From: the human T2T-CHM13v2.0 reference genome, Homo sapiens
Length of the DNA stretch: 64,000 nt
Reading direction: 5' to 3' (one strand)
Assembly (NCBI RefSeq): GCF_009914755.1
Contig: NC_060928.1
In this document: positions 12,939 to 27,141 of the stretch, one piece after another
How positions within the stretch are numbered: the stretch's first letter is position 1
Layout of the letters: every line of letters starts with the position of its first letter
Translations under genes and position numbers: made by a program
Notes under the pieces: generated by a model
Seen by the model: only the letters and a program-made list of their open reading frames with translations
What the model was told of the DNA's origin: nothing
Database searches by the model: none

Positions 12939-13381
12939 TGTATTAGTCAGGGTTCTCTAGAGGGACAGAACTAATGGAATATATATACATCTATATATGG
13001 GAGTTTATTAAATATTAACTCACATGATCACAAGGTCCCACAATAGGCCGTCTGCAGGCTGAGGAGCAAGGAGAGCCAGTCCAAGTTCCAAAACTGAAGA
13101 ACTTGGAGTCCGATGTTCGAAGGCAGGAAGCATCCAGCATGGGAGAAAGATGTAGGCTGGGAGGCTAGGCCAGTCTAATCTTTTCACATTTTTCTGCCTG
13201 TTTATATTCTAGCCACACTGGCAGCTGATTAGATGGTGCCCACCTAGATTAAGCATGGGTCTCCCTTTCCCAGCCCACTGACTCAAATGTTAATCTCCTT
13301 TGGCAACATCATCACAGACACACACAGGATCAATACTTTATATCCTTCGTCCAGTCAAGTTGACACTCAGTATTCATCACA
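12939..13381 (-). mobile_element. MLT2A (HERV-L) solo LTR, MLT2A1-sized, inserted in L2
   Basis: tgtattagtcagggttctctagagggacagaac...tgacactcagtattcatcaca; 443 bp; perfect TSD atttg. Confidence 0.9.
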
Positions 13382-15824
13382 ATTTGTGTGATTGTTGGGT
13401 CACCTGTCTGCACACTAGATGGAAGCTCCATGAAGACAGGAGCTGTGCTTTGCATGTCACTACAGTAACTCCTCAGTGTAAGTGTTGGTCAGTATTCCTC
13501 ACCAAACTGCTAGAAAGTAGGTATTATAATTCCTACTTGCACATAAGGAAAATGAGTCTCAAAGAGATTATAATAGCAGAATCAGCACTCAGACACAAGT
13601 AGGCTTGATGCCAACTCCAATAGCACAAAGTCTCACTGTAACAGTCTCCAGAGTCGGTTGGGAATGGAGGCCAAAAACTGGTTCCCACTCCGGTCTGGTC
13701 TTCAGTACAATTGAGGAGGAGGCTTATGAGTCTTTAAGATTCAAGTACATGAATCTCTGAATAAAATTTCATAATGTATGGCAGGCCCTGGGGGAGGTAT
13801 TTGGAGGTTCTCTTAACGTGGGAGTCAACACAAAGCCAATATAGAATTAGCTTAGAATTTTCTCACTCTTTCTTAGGCTCTCCAGGACCACTCAGAGAAG
13901 AAAGCCAAGAGGCACTGCTACGCAGTGAGCATATGGAGCTCCAGTGTGCCACTTTATTGGGCCATCTTCACTGCCCTGATCTCAGTTAGGGTCCACCATT
14001 GACCTTCATCCCTCTGCGTTTCCAGTTCCTCCTCCACAAAGTGCAGATCATAATATTAACCTCACAGGGTTGCGTTAGGAACCCGTGAGGTGGTGCATGT
14101 GAGGGAAAGTTCTGTCTGAGTTCTAGAGAGATGAGGGAAAAAAGCACCATTTTTCGGGCACAAACCCTCCGTCAGATGTTCTATTCTGCTGTTCTATTTC
14201 TCACACAGCTTGCTGCCCCACCATGAGGCATCCTCCACTTATTTGTGGGAGTCCTCAAGGCAGGCCTCATGTACACCTGCAAGTCACCCTCTTAGCTATT
14301 GCTACCTCATGCCACCCCTGACTTTATCCCCTGCCCTGGATCCCACTGCGGAAAAGTTCTACCTTGAACCACTGGAATCTCATCGTGAGAATGCCATGGA
14401 CCATGGAAAGGACACTGTCTCTGTATCTTTCATGTATTCGCACGAAAGGACACTATCCTGTAGTGGCTCATCCTCCCGTACCAGTGTGCAGCAGTGGGGA
14501 CTGAGCACCAAAGGAGCCCCACTGTGTTAGACCCTAGAAAGCCGCCTGTGAAAACAGTCCCATCAACTTCAGACCTCAAATCTAGTCCAAGGCCCAATGT
14601 GGCCCTCCATCTCTCTGCTATCCTGCTGCACTGCCCCATCCAAACCCCCTTTTCCCCTGGAAATTAACAGACAAAAGCCCCCAGGAATATCAGAGGATGC
14701 AAAGAGACGGATGAGTCTTCCTGGGGTGGTGGGAGGTCTATGTCCCAGCTCAGCCAGCCCAGTGCCCTTCCATACCACTGTTATTATGTTCCCATCATGT
14801 CAGGAGGAGGCTGCTGGGCACCACTGGGTCGCTAAAACCCTGAGGATCACATTCCTCAGAGGCGTGGGGAACAAGCTTCGTGGCTTTTACGGGAACCATT
14901 TAGAGTTGTGCCCAGTGGCATCTGATCCACCCACAAGTCCACTTGCTATTTTGGGATTGTAACAGCTACCGAATCCATTAACTGGTTTAAAAGTGAAAGC
15001 AATTGGAAACACAAGTGCCTTGAAATGTTTAAACACCATAATGCTTATCTGGCCTGATTACTGGGAAGGGAGAGCCAGAATGGAACACTTGATTTCAACC
15101 CTTTCATGAACCAGTCAATTAAAGGAGAAATGTCAGGAAAACATTATTTCTACTCTTGTCAGTAATAAAAGCTTGGATTTGAAAGTAACTTATCTTCGAC
15201 AGGCATTTACAGATCACAGAATAGTTACAGCCCCAAGCACAGAGTCTCAGGGCCTACTACGCAGTGATGTCATTGTGCCTGCAGGGTCGGTCTGTCACCA
15301 CGATGGGCCCTGCCCTCCTTAAGAGCAGTGCACTGTCAACCACATTTGCTGTACTTGTATCTCCATTTATTTCTGCAATAGTTAGTGCATTGTAAGCATG
15401 TGCTAAATGTTTGTGGGGTAAAAGAATGAGCAGATGGGAGGATTGATGTCATTTTATCATTTTTATATATGGAAGAAGATGTAAGAGTCTGGAATTGTAG
15501 GATTTTCAAACTGGATAGAATTACCCCTCTATTTTACTTATGATATAACCATTTCAAAAATTCAAGTCTCTTGAGTGGCATGATCTTTCCAAGCTATTTA
15601 AAACAGCAGCAACAACAAAAGGAATACTAATAACTAATATTTATTGACTTCCATTTTGCATGCTTTATACACATTGATGCACTTAATCCTCACCCTGACT
15701 CCATGAGGTAAGTACTATTGTGATCCTCATTTTCCAGAGAGGCTGAGTAGCTTTCCTAAGACCACAACAGAACAGGAACATTTGCCACCAAAATTGTCCT
15801 TGACTTTTTTGGGGTCTTGGATCT

Positions 15825-16187
15825 TGCTATAGACTGAACGTTTATGTTGTCCATTATTCATATGTTAAATCCTAACCCCCAAGGTGATGGTATTTGCTGG
15901 TGGGGCCTTTGGGAGATGATTAGGTCATGAGGCTGGAGTGCTCTTGGATGGGATTAGCTCCCTTATAAAAGAGACCCCATAGAGCTTTCTTACCACTTCT
16001 GCTACATGAGGACACAGCAAGATGGCGGTCATCTATGAACCAGGAAGCAGCCCTCACCAGACCCGAGTCAGCCGGCACCTTGATCTTGGACTTCCTGGTC
16101 TCCAGAACTGTGAGAAATCAATGTTTGTTGTTTATAAGCCATCCAGTCTGTGGTATTTTGTTGTAGCAACCCAAGTTGACTAAGACA
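15825..16187 (+). mobile_element. MLT1A-type MaLR solo LTR
   Basis: tgctatagactgaa...gactaagaca; TSD gatct/gattt. Confidence 0.85.
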
Positions 16188-16386
16188 GATTTCCTTTGGA
16201 ATCCAATATTGTGAATATAAGAAAAGATATTTGTACCCCAACATACATTCAATGTGTGCACAATTTTAGAAGTTCATGAACTTGTTAAAACCTAACCATA
16301 AACCATAGGTTAAGAATCAATATAACAACATACTTAGGCTCTGGAGTCAGCCACACATTGTTTCTTTCTCTTTTTAAAAAAGTATT

Positions 16387-16749
16387 GGCTGGGCGTGGTG
16401 GCTCAAGTCCTGTAATCTCAGCACTTTGGGAGGCTTGGGTTGGGCAGGGGGTGGATTGAGGCGGGGCGGCATGAGAGGGGCAGGGGGCCGGGGCAGCGGG
16501 GGGCGGATTACCTAAGGTCAGGAGTTTGAAACCAGCCTGGCCAACATGACGAAACCCTGTCTCTACTAAATTAAAAAAATTAGCTGGGCTTGGTGGCAGG
16601 TGCCTGCCATCTACTTGGGAGGCTGAGGCAGGAGAATCACTTGAAGAAGAACCTCTGAGGCAGAGGTTGCAGTGAGCCAAGATCGCGCCACTGCCACTCC
16701 AGCCTGGGCGACAGAGTAAGACTCTGTCTCAATAAAAAAAAAAAAAAAA
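16387..16749 (+). mobile_element. AluS with a G-rich internal insertion
   Basis: Alu dimer with TSD aaaaaagtatt and ~60 extra G-rich nt at ~16435-16503. Confidence 0.9.
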
Positions 16750-17740
16750 GTATTCATTGTTAGTTATAAGCAATAGAGGACTACATCTTCTCTAGTGAAA
16801 ATTCAAACCTTAGAATTGATGTCTAAATTTCCTTTGACCAATTATTTCCAGATGCCTTCCTAGAAGTAACCATTGTTACCACTTCATTTTATATTCTTTT
16901 TCTATACATTAAATACCTAATTTTGTATCCACAGACATTACTTGCTATGGTTGTGTGTTAATGAGGAGTTTACACAAATGATATTGCATTACATCTTTCT
17001 TCCCCCTGCAACTTTCATTTTTTCACTTAAGAATCATTTTAGAGGTTTTCAGCCTATATAGGTCTTCCATATCCTTTTAAGCTACTGTGTAGTATTCCAT
17101 AAGATAGATGCCCCACACTATTATCATTTTCTTACTAGATGACTTTAAGTTGTTTTTATCAAGTTGGTGCAAAAGCAATTGCAGGTTTTGCCATTACTTT
17201 TAATGGAAGTAATGGCGAAAACCACAATTGCTTTTACATCAACCTAATAGCTCTTTGATCTCACAAAGCCACAGTGAACACTTTTGTACACCTTTCTCCA
17301 GTACTTAAGCAGGTGTTTCTCCAGAAGAAACACCAAAACACTGGAATTGCTGGGACATTGAATATGTGCATTTAAAAAAATGTAAATGTACCAAACTTTT
17401 GTTAAAAATGGTGGTGCTGACTTGTATTATCTCTAACAATGCATAAAACTCACAATTTTTGCATGTTAAACCATGACTTTTATCAATCTTTTCAACTTTT
17501 CTCCAAACTGATGGATAAAAAATGATATCTCATGATTTTAGTTTGCATTCTTTGGTTACTAGTGAGGTTGAGCATCTTTTTGTATTTTATTGATCATTTG
17601 TATTTTTTATTTGGTGAATTACTTGCTCATTTCTTATACTCATTTTTCTGAGCATTTTCTTTTCATTTTTGATTTATGACTGCAGTATTATATTCTGACC
17701 AAACATTTATTAGCTATGTTACAAATATTTTCTCTCCGTC
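16750..17740 (-). mobile_element. Old L1M (L1ME-like) fragment
   Basis: Degenerate antisense L1 3' sequence, e.g. 'gtttgcattctttggttactagtgaggttgagcatctttt'. Confidence 0.65.
17159..17247. mobile_element. MADE1 (Hsmar1-derived MITE) palindrome
   Basis: aagttggtgcaaaagcaattgc...gccattactt...aagtaatggc...caattgcttttacatcaacctaa with TA on both sides. Confidence 0.92.
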
Positions 17741-18736
17741 TGTCTCCTGTCCGTGTAAGTTACACACCTAGACTGGAATTCTGGCACTAACATTGACATT
17801 CTACATGACTTGCATAAATACGACTCTGAGCCTTAGAGTCCTTTTTTTGTAATATGGAAGTAGTAACAGTATCTACCTTTAGGGTTGTTGTTAAGATTAA
17901 ATGAGATAATGATTATAAAATGTTCAACCCAGTGCCTGACATACGATAAGTGCTTAAAGGTCATTATTATTCTTCATTGTTAATTTTTAGAAGATTTTTC
18001 CATGTATAAGCCAAAATAACTCCTACCTGTCGGTTCTAGCTCTATTTTCCACAGGGAAACAAAAATGAAAGTCTGAGAGATCTTTTAAGATAAATGGTAG
18101 AAAAAGATCACATCTGATTTTAGTTTATAACTTCTACCATAGGCCGTTTTTATTTTCACTTGCAGCCAATTTTATAGAAACCAAATTGTTAGCACAGCAG
18201 GGGAAAGCCTGAATAGAAGTAAATTCTGTTTTCATTCAAAAAAACTTTTAAAGCAAATTTATAGAAATAATTTTAATAATGGCCTCAGCCTGGGGAGATG
18301 GAGAGACATTCGTCCTCCTCTTCCCCCTGTAACATTGCCTACAAAGTCATTGTTCTTAAAGACACCTATTTGTTCTGAGCGACCACACAGCTTCTGATTT
18401 GGAATCATCATAAACCTATGTAACCAACCATGCTCTCTAGGTCACAGACCTTCCTCATGAACTTGATTCCCCCAAAAAGCCTCCAGAATAGGTGAGGGCA
18501 ATAAAAACTATTTCCTCCAAACTTTCAATTGAGGAAACAGATGCTCTGAGGGCAAAGACATTCTTGACCTTCCCCATCGGAATGGGGTCTCCTTGTAGAA
18601 GCCTCCATCCCACCACGTATAAACCTCTATCAAACTATGCTCAAGTCGTGTGTATATGTCTTGGTCTCCCCTATTGCATGAGTTCTTTGTGAGCAGAAGC
18701 CTCAAGTTTTGTCTGTGCATCCTTAACGCCTGCCTA

Positions 18737-18915
18737 GTATGAATGCATGGAGAGGTGAATGGATGGATGGAAGAAGGATGGAGGGATGGATGGATGGATG
18801 GATAAATCAATGGAAGAGGGAGGGATGGATGCATGGATGCATGGGAGAAGGATGGAGGGATGGATGATGGATGGAAGGATGGGTGGATGGATGGATGGAT
18901 GAGTGGGTGGGTGGG
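18737..18915. repeat. (TGGA)n degenerate microsatellite
   Basis: ggatggatggatgg arrays. Confidence 0.9.
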
Positions 18916-19039
18916 TAAACTTAGTCAAAACCATATCTGGTAAGAAATGGTATCCGGGTCTCCATAAACCATATCAAGCACTCCTTCTTGAGTTGTAGTC
19001 AAAATTTTAAAATAATGTTTCAAATCATCATACAGGAAA

Positions 19040-19940
19040 ATAGACTTTGGGAAGTGTGTTCGTAGAGTTCTATGAATTTTAACACACACATAGATTCATG
19101 TGATCACCTCCACAATCAGGATACAGAACTGTTCCATCATCACAAAAACTTCCTAATGTTACCCTTTAGAGTCACACTCTCTCTTACCCCAACCCCTGCA
19201 ACCATCTGTCTGTCCTCCATCAATATCTTTATTTATTATTTATTTATTTATTTATTTATGGAGACAGGGCCCCATTCTGTCACCCAGGCTGGAGTGGATC
19301 ACCCAGCTATAATCACAGCTCACTGCAGCCTCGAACCTCTGGGCTCAAGTGACCCTCCTTCCTCAGCATCCCAAGTAGCTAGAACTACAGGCACACCACC
19401 ATGCTCAGCTAATGTTTTTTATTTTAATTTTTGTAGAGGTGGGGTCTTTCTATGTTTGGGCCTGGGCTGGTCTCAAACTTCTAGCCTCAAGTAATCCTCC
19501 TGCCTCAGCCTCCTAAAGCACTGGGATTACAAGCATGAGCCACTGTGGCCAGCCTTTCATCACTACCTCTTTGTCTTTCAAGAATGTCTTATATGGAAGC
19601 AAACAGTATGTGGCCTTTTGAGAACGGCTTCTTTCACTCAGCATAATTCATTTGAGATCCACCCTTGTTGCGTGTGTCAATAGTTTCTTTTTTATTGCTG
19701 AGCTGTATTCCTTTGGGTGATGTACCACGGTGCCTTTATCCATTCACCTATAGAAGACAATTTGGGCTGTTTCCAGTTGTGAGCAAGTATGAATTAGAGC
19801 TTCTGTGAACAACCTTGTACAGGTTTTTGTAAGAAGCTAAGTCTTCATTTCTCTAGGATATTCCAAAGAGTAGAATTTCTGGGTCTCATGATAAGCGTAT
19901 GCTTAACTTTTTAAGGAGTTGCCAAACTGTTTTCCAGCAA
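19040..19940 (-). mobile_element. L1MB/MC-like 3' fragment containing an AluJ (~19228-19554, -)
   Basis: Antisense L1 3' motifs ('ggcttctttcactcagcataa') flank an AluJ. Confidence 0.75.
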
Positions 19941-20251
19941 GGCCATATGAAGCATGCTAACCTTGATACTATGGATCCTATTTAAAAAACCCTCTTCTCT
20001 TTTTTCTCTCTTGAGATAGGATCCCTTTCCCAGGCTTCCCATCATCTAACTCCCCTCCCTGCACCCTTCAGAGTGCCAAGTGCTTCCCTGACATCCAGAG
20101 CCAAGAAGACAGCTATCAATCATTGTATGTGTTGGGGGGCACTGCGAGGCACGCCCCCTCCAGGTCTTTCCCTCCTGGCTTCAGAATGGCCTGTCTTCCA
20201 CAGCACCAGATTCCGTCTTTCCACCATATTAAAAAACAAATGGTAGGGACT

Positions 20252-20555
20252 GGCCGGGCGAGGTGTCTCACGCCTGTAATCCCAGCACTTTGGGGGGCCG
20301 AGGCAGGTGGATCACCTGAGGTCAGGAGTTCAAGACCAGCCTAACCATCATGGAGAAACCCTGCTTCTACTAAGAATACAAAAAGTTAGCTGGGCCCAGT
20401 GGTGCATGCCTGTAATCCTAGCTACTCAGGAGGCTGAGGCAGGAGAATCGTTTGAACTCAGGAGGCGGAGGTAGCGGTGAGGCAAGATTGCTCTATTGCA
20501 CTCCAGCCTGGCAACAAGAGTGAAACTCTGTCTCAAAACAAACAAACAAACAAAC
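20252..20555 (+). mobile_element. Alu (AluSp/Sq-like)
   Basis: (CAAA)n tail; TSD atggtagggact. Confidence 0.92.
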
Positions 20556-22220
20556 AGCAGATGGTAGGGACTGAGAATATATTGGGCTCTTACACATTCT
20601 ACTTAGAATAAACCACATTCAAGGCCATCCGAGTATAGACTGGGGTATAGGAAGTAGAACAACCAGTAGGGAGTTGGCCATCTGGAGGGACTTAGGGACA
20701 GAGGCCCTGAAAGAAAAAATAGAGGGCACCTAACCCTGTTTGTCTATGTCCTAGCACTGCTTTGCTCACTTACACTCCGACTCTTAGTAATGCGTCAGGG
20801 TGATCCGCTCTCTTCCCTTCTTTCCTCATACGCTTCTACCGATGATCTTCTCATTTCACCATGATGAACGTGGTACCACTGGCTCCTTTCATCCAGACTG
20901 GCATGCTGTTGTGTGTACAGAGAACCAGGCTAAACACTTTTCTTGCCCCCCACCAACTTTGGAAGAGGCACACTGCCTCTTAGAATAATCTGTGTGTAAT
21001 ATTTCAAGCCTCATGCTCTTCCTTTTATCTGTGATTTTAAACACAGCTCTGTCAATGAAATGTGGTTATGCTAGACCTTGCAGCCACACTTCGTGATGTT
21101 ATTTGAGTTGCTTCATTCTTGACAAACTTCCCAAATGCAAGGGATAAGAAGAAAAGGCTCTTTTTGTCTTTCTCTCTGTGGAATCTTGACACAATGCAGA
21201 TCCACGTCTTTCTAACAGGCCTTTGACCAGCTCAGCAGTGGTGCGATCCGTCAGCGAAGCCCACCCAAGCCCTCAGTCCGGGGTAAAGCTGGGAGGGACT
21301 TGTGGCCTGGGGCCTGTGGCGCTTCCTACTGGAGGTGGTATTTCAGGGAAAACCACCTCACTGATGCCCTCTGTCCCCTCCTCCCCTCTGGCTGGACTGA
21401 TCCTCCCAGACTGGCCTGCTGGAATTTTCTCATTTCAGGAAGCAAATTGCTTCCAGGCTTACAGCTCAGAGAGTCCATGTCACAGTCTCTCTTGCCTTAA
21501 CCGGGCAGTAGGCACACAGGAAGCTCCCTTTCTCCCAGAGCTGGGCCTCAGCACCTTTCCCCTGGGGCTTGCAGATTAGAGAGAGCAGTGAAGAAGGAGG
21601 ACTAGGGGTGGGATGAGAGTATTTCTGGGGTTGGTGAATCTGATGGGGCTACCATGCAAACATTCTATTGTGAGAGGGTGGAGTGAGAGGAATGGAGGCC
21701 ACAGAATGTACAGTATGCTCTAAATCCCCAGCCGTTCTGAATGACCTCTATAAACTGAGGACCAAGGAAATGGCTCATGCCTCTGTCTGGAGTTGTGCCT
21801 ACTTCAGTGATGCCAACTGGCTGCTGTTCTTACCAATCAACATGGAATCTGGAGGATGACCCTAGCCAGGAAATAACAAAAGCATATGCACAGGTTTTCA
21901 GACCGACTGAAAAAATGTTACACTTTCCTTTAGCTTAGGAGCTTGGGGAAAGGGGTATGGGTGTTATCTTCTTTCCTTTAATTTCCAAATTGTTTAGAGT
22001 ATCATGGGCTGCGTTTACATTAAATAGACTAGCTCTCATTCATTTACTAAACACAGTCCACATGTCAGGACTGTGCCAAGCTGGGGATTGAATTCAAAGA
22101 CAAGGCTGTCAAAAGCTAGGAAGCACCACCTCCATTTTAAATGAGAAAAACAAAACAAAAAAGGGGAGGAAATCACTGACATAGAATGTTCTTTGTTGCT
22201 TGTAGATCATGGAGAACACC

Positions 22221-22527
22221 TTTTTTTTTTTTTTTTTTTTTGAGACATGGTCTTGCTCTGTTGCCCAGGCTGGAGTGCAGTGGTGTGGCTCTGCTCACTG
22301 TAGACTAGACTTCCTGGGCTCAAGTGAACCTCCCACGTCAGCTTCCCAAGTAGCTGGGACTGCAGGTGTGAGCCACCGCATCCAGCTAATTTTTTTTTTT
22401 TTTTTTTTTTGTAGAGACAAGGTCTCCCTATGTTGTCCAGGCTGTTCTTGAACTCCTGGGCTTAAGTGATTCTCCTGCCTCAGGCTCTCAGTGTTGGGAT
22501 TACAGGTGTGAGCCACCATGCCTGGCC
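22221..22527 (-). mobile_element. AluJ
   Basis: Antisense dimer; TSD catggagaaca. Confidence 0.92.
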
Positions 22528-24259
22528 ACATGGAGAACATTTTATAGGGCATTGAATATTCTGAGCATATCCTCAGTATTTTTGGCACCACAGGAGATGT
22601 GGGCAGCTGCTCTCTGGAATATTTACTTCGTTATCCTCTTTGCCCTCCTCCAGCTCCTGTCTTATTGGCAATTTCCCTCACTTGAAGGCACTGGCTCCTC
22701 AGACTATCCAGCCTGCTCTTGCTTCTGGCTAGACTGAGAGGAACTTGTATTCGTGATTAGTATTATCCACGCTGTTTCTGCGCTTGGGATGGTTTTCTTC
22801 TGCTTTATTAAAACTAGTTGTGCTAACACTGAACAATTTTCGTAATTGTTAATATATGGAAAAGTGGCTTGTTATTATAAATCATTCTTCCTAGGACTCA
22901 GGCATGAGTCCTTAAAGGCTAGGTCAAAGGTCAGATTGTGAAAGTGACTATGGAACCATGGGCTCAAACTTTTCCCCGATGCTAATCCAGCTACATTTGG
23001 ATCATACCTGTGCACTTGACTCTAGTATGGGACACGTTTTCTCCCAGGAGAATCCTCAGTTCTTTATGCAAATAAGGTCGTGGTCTGATTCTCCCCACTA
23101 CTCCTCTAGATGCATCTGAATCCTAAACACCAATTGATGTCCCAGCAAACACACTTGCATTCACAGTGTGTGCATGGTTTTGTTAAAATAGCATGGGCTT
23201 TTTGGTCAGCCAGACCTGGAATTGAAAGTGACTGCATCATGTGCTTAGTGTGTGACCTTGGCCAAGTTATTTGACCCTTTGGAATCTTAGGTCCCTTATC
23301 TTCATGTGACAGAGAAAGAAGAAAAGATATGACATTATGAATACTTGCAGTTTTCTAAACACACATGCACATACACACACATGCAACAATAGAACACACT
23401 TGCAATGAGCAAGGATTCTTTGCCTGCTTGATCATTTATTGGATTTTGGCTGGGTTTCATCAGGGTGAGAGAGGTGAAAAGGAGAATTAAATAAACGAAG
23501 AGAGGCTGGATTACACTATTTAGGAAAAATGTAAGTGGAGGTGATGAGGCAGACAGGAGCAAGGGGGAGCCTCCTTTCCTTGAAAAATACAAAGACATGG
23601 GATCATGAAGCTGGGCCTTAGAAGATGTATCATTTTTGATCTTTCAAGAAGCAGAGGCCAAGATGGAATTAGAAGAAAAAAGATTTATTGGGGGAAGTAT
23701 CTGTAGGATAAAAGGAAGAGGGAACAGGAGGAGCAGGAGGGAGGTTTGGTATCTGTGAAGAAAGAGTGAGAAGGAAGGAAGGCTGGACAAGAAGAGCTTC
23801 AGGCTACAGTGCAGCTCTGAGGAAGTCTGCTAGGCTGTTGGGGCACCCAGACCAAAGGCTGTACCCAGACCAAAAGCAGCCTTGTGGACAGGAATGGCTG
23901 GGCTCTGGTAGCCCCATCACACTGTCACTGGCTGGGAGCAGTGCAAAGAAGGAAGATATTTGACTCCCACAGGGGAAAAAGACTTGGGAGTGGAGAGGAG
24001 AGAGAGAGAGACAGAATTTTAGGTGGCTGAGAAAGTTTGGCGATATGAAGAGGGAGGAGAGATGAGTTGGGCAGCTCCTTGATGAGTGGAATCTTGAGTT
24101 GTGGAAAGAGGGTCTAGGTGGGTTCTGCAAGGTAGTTCCTTCTTTCCCATCATCTACTCAACCTTCTCATCCTGCTCCCACCCCAATACAATCTTCCATA
24201 AAGATTTATGTTGTGTTAAGTGCCATGGGGTCTAATTTGTTCTTGTTCTTTTTTAAAAA

Positions 24260-24263
<4 letters not shown>

Positions 24264-24312
<49 letters not shown>

Positions 24313-25210
24313 CTACATATAATAATTTTACATATTTATAGGGTACAGAGTGATATTTCGATACATGCATACAATGCTTAATGATCAAGTCAGAGCAATT
24401 AGAATATCCATCACCTCAGGCATTTATTATTTCTTTGTTTTGGGAGCATTCAAAATCTTCTCTTTTAGCTTTTTGGACATATATAATAAATTATTGTTAA
24501 CTATAATCATGCTGCAGTGCTACAGAACGCTAGTACTTATTCCTCCTATCTAGCTGTTATTTTGTATCCTGTAACCAACTTCTCCCCATCCTCCTGTCCA
24601 TCTTTCCCTTTCCAGTCTCTAATAATCATAATTGTACTCTCTACTTCTAGGAGCTCATTTTGTTAGTTCCCACATATGAGTGAGAATATGCAGTACTTAT
24701 CTTTCTGTACCTGACATGTTTCACTTAACATAATGTCTTCTAGTTCCATTCATGTTGCCATGAATGACAGGATTTCTTTTTTATGGCTGAATAGTATTCC
24801 CTTGTTTATATATACACCACATTTTCTTTAATCATCTGTTGATAGACACTTAGGTTGATTCCATTTCTTCATTGTTGTGAATAGTGCTGCCATAAATATG
24901 GGGTCCAGATGGCTTCTGTATGCTGATTTCCTTTCGTTTGGGTACATCTCCAGTAGTGGGATTGTTGGATTGTATGGTAGTTCTATTTTTAGCTTTTTGA
25001 GAAACCTTCATACTATTTCCCATAGAGGTTATTCTAATGTACATTATCACAAACAGTGTATAAGAGTCTCCCTGTCTCTGCATCCTCACTGGTATTTGCT
25101 ATTTTTTGTCTTTTTGATAGTAGCTTTTCAGACTGGGATGAGGTGATACCTGATTGTGGTTTTGATTTGCATTTCCCTGATGATTAGTGATATTGAGCAT
25201 TTTTTCGTAT
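24264..25210 (-). mobile_element. L1MA 3' end with (TA)n tract (24264-24308)
   Basis: Antisense L1MA 3' UTR and ORF2 C-terminal sequence. Confidence 0.85.
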
Positions 25211-27141
25211 TGTGATTCGTGTTTCTTTTAAGGTGTCTTTGTCTTATTTGGGTTATGTGTAAAATGGCTATAACAGCTACCTTCCAGTATTGTAACAATT
25301 AAATGAAGCAATGCAAGTAGAATTGCTTGACACACAGCTCACTGAACAGCTAATATGTGTCTGCCACTATTCTGTGTGGTAAGAACGAAGGAATAACTAG
25401 GAAAGGCACAGTCCTGGTCCTTATGGGCCTTAATAAAGAGTAATTTTTCTAATTTTCCTTTTCTTAATCTCAGGAAACTTTTCAGTGTAGAAAATAATGC
25501 AATAGAAAAGCCCAGTTTAGTCTCATTGCAATCCTGATTTTAGATGGGCAATTTCCCCTAGTTGAAATGATATTGATTAGTTGTAGTAATAATGATCTTA
25601 GCTAATATTTTCGCTTGCCCTTTAGAGTTTCCAGGTGTTAATTCATTTAATTCTCATACCATACCTATAAAGTGAATATATGCATTACCGCCATTGTATA
25701 GATGAGGAAAATGAAGCCCAGAGATGGTTTTGGAGCACTTGCCAAGGTCTTGGCGGAGGTGGGATTTAAATCAGAAGTTGGTCTTCCAAGCTGCTACTCC
25801 TAATGGAAGCTCCATTCTATCACTGGAGTGAAAAAGGTTGATTGCCTCTGGAGAAATAAGTATTATCTAATGGCCGTGTCCACGCAGCCCTTAATAAGGT
25901 AAATGTTGGACAAATGTTTGCTTTTCATAAAACAAACCTTAATGCCTTTATTGTTCCAAATGTACGTAGAGCCAACCCAAGGCCATTCGGGGAACCAGGG
26001 AACAGAGGCAGGCTGCGTAAGCCTTTATTTACAGTTGGAGAAGAGAGTTCAGCATCTTCTTGCCTACAGAGTAACACTAACGTCTGTCTTTAGAGGTCAT
26101 TTTGAGTTCCTGCTGTTCCTGCTGCTGTTTGCTGCTACTGCTGTTTACAATCTATGGCTGCCAAGACTGAGTGCTCCCCTCATTCTTACCATACTGAGAC
26201 TTCCCTGGTTCCTGGTTCCAGATAGACATTTCCTATGTCAATGTCAGGAATAGTTCCTCAGCAAATTGTCATTCTAACCCTTCATCTATTCCCCCATTAT
26301 CAGCATTCCCCCACCAAAGTGGTATGTTTGTTATAATTGGTGAACCTACTTCACACATCATTATCACCCAAAGTCCATAGTTCACCTTAGAGTTGACTCT
26401 TGGTGTTGTATATTCTATGGGTTCAGACAAATGTGAAATGACATTTCCACCACTGTTTTCACTGCCGTGCAAACCCTCTGTGCTCCACCTATTCATCCCT
26501 CACTCCCTCTATAACCCCCGGCAACCACTGATGGTTTTACTGCCTCCATAGTTTTGTCTTTTTATCCCTTCAATTTTAAAGTTGTGGCCCAGGTTAATTT
26601 ATTTCCACTGCCATGTTCATTTCTTTTGGAATGACATAGGTTTTTTTCTGGATTCATTTCCTTGTCTTTCTATCTTTTCCTTTGTTTATTTGGATTTTGC
26701 TTCCTATCATTCAAGGTCAATAGTGATATTAATATCTTCTACTTGGGTAGTGCCTTCTGAATTATAGTGATCTCATTTACATTACTGTAACCTTCTCAGT
26801 AATTCCATGAGATAGGCATTTTACCCCCATTATACAGATGAGAAAACTGAGACTCAGGTATTTTTGGCAATTTGTCCAATGTGATTGTAGTAAACACTTA
26901 TTGTGTCTATTACACTTATTGTATATACTTATTGTATACACTTATTGCATCCATCCCCCCTGTTTCTGGTACCATCTCAATATTTATTAGCGTCAATTTC
27001 TCTACTCTTGAGACGTGAGGTCCTTGTGAAGTTGAGTCGACCACTGGTTACAGAAGTGGATATTAGAGTAATACACTACCAGTGAAAATCATTCAGTGAC
27101 CACTTCCCATCAGAGCCGATCACAGTTCATCTTGACATGGA

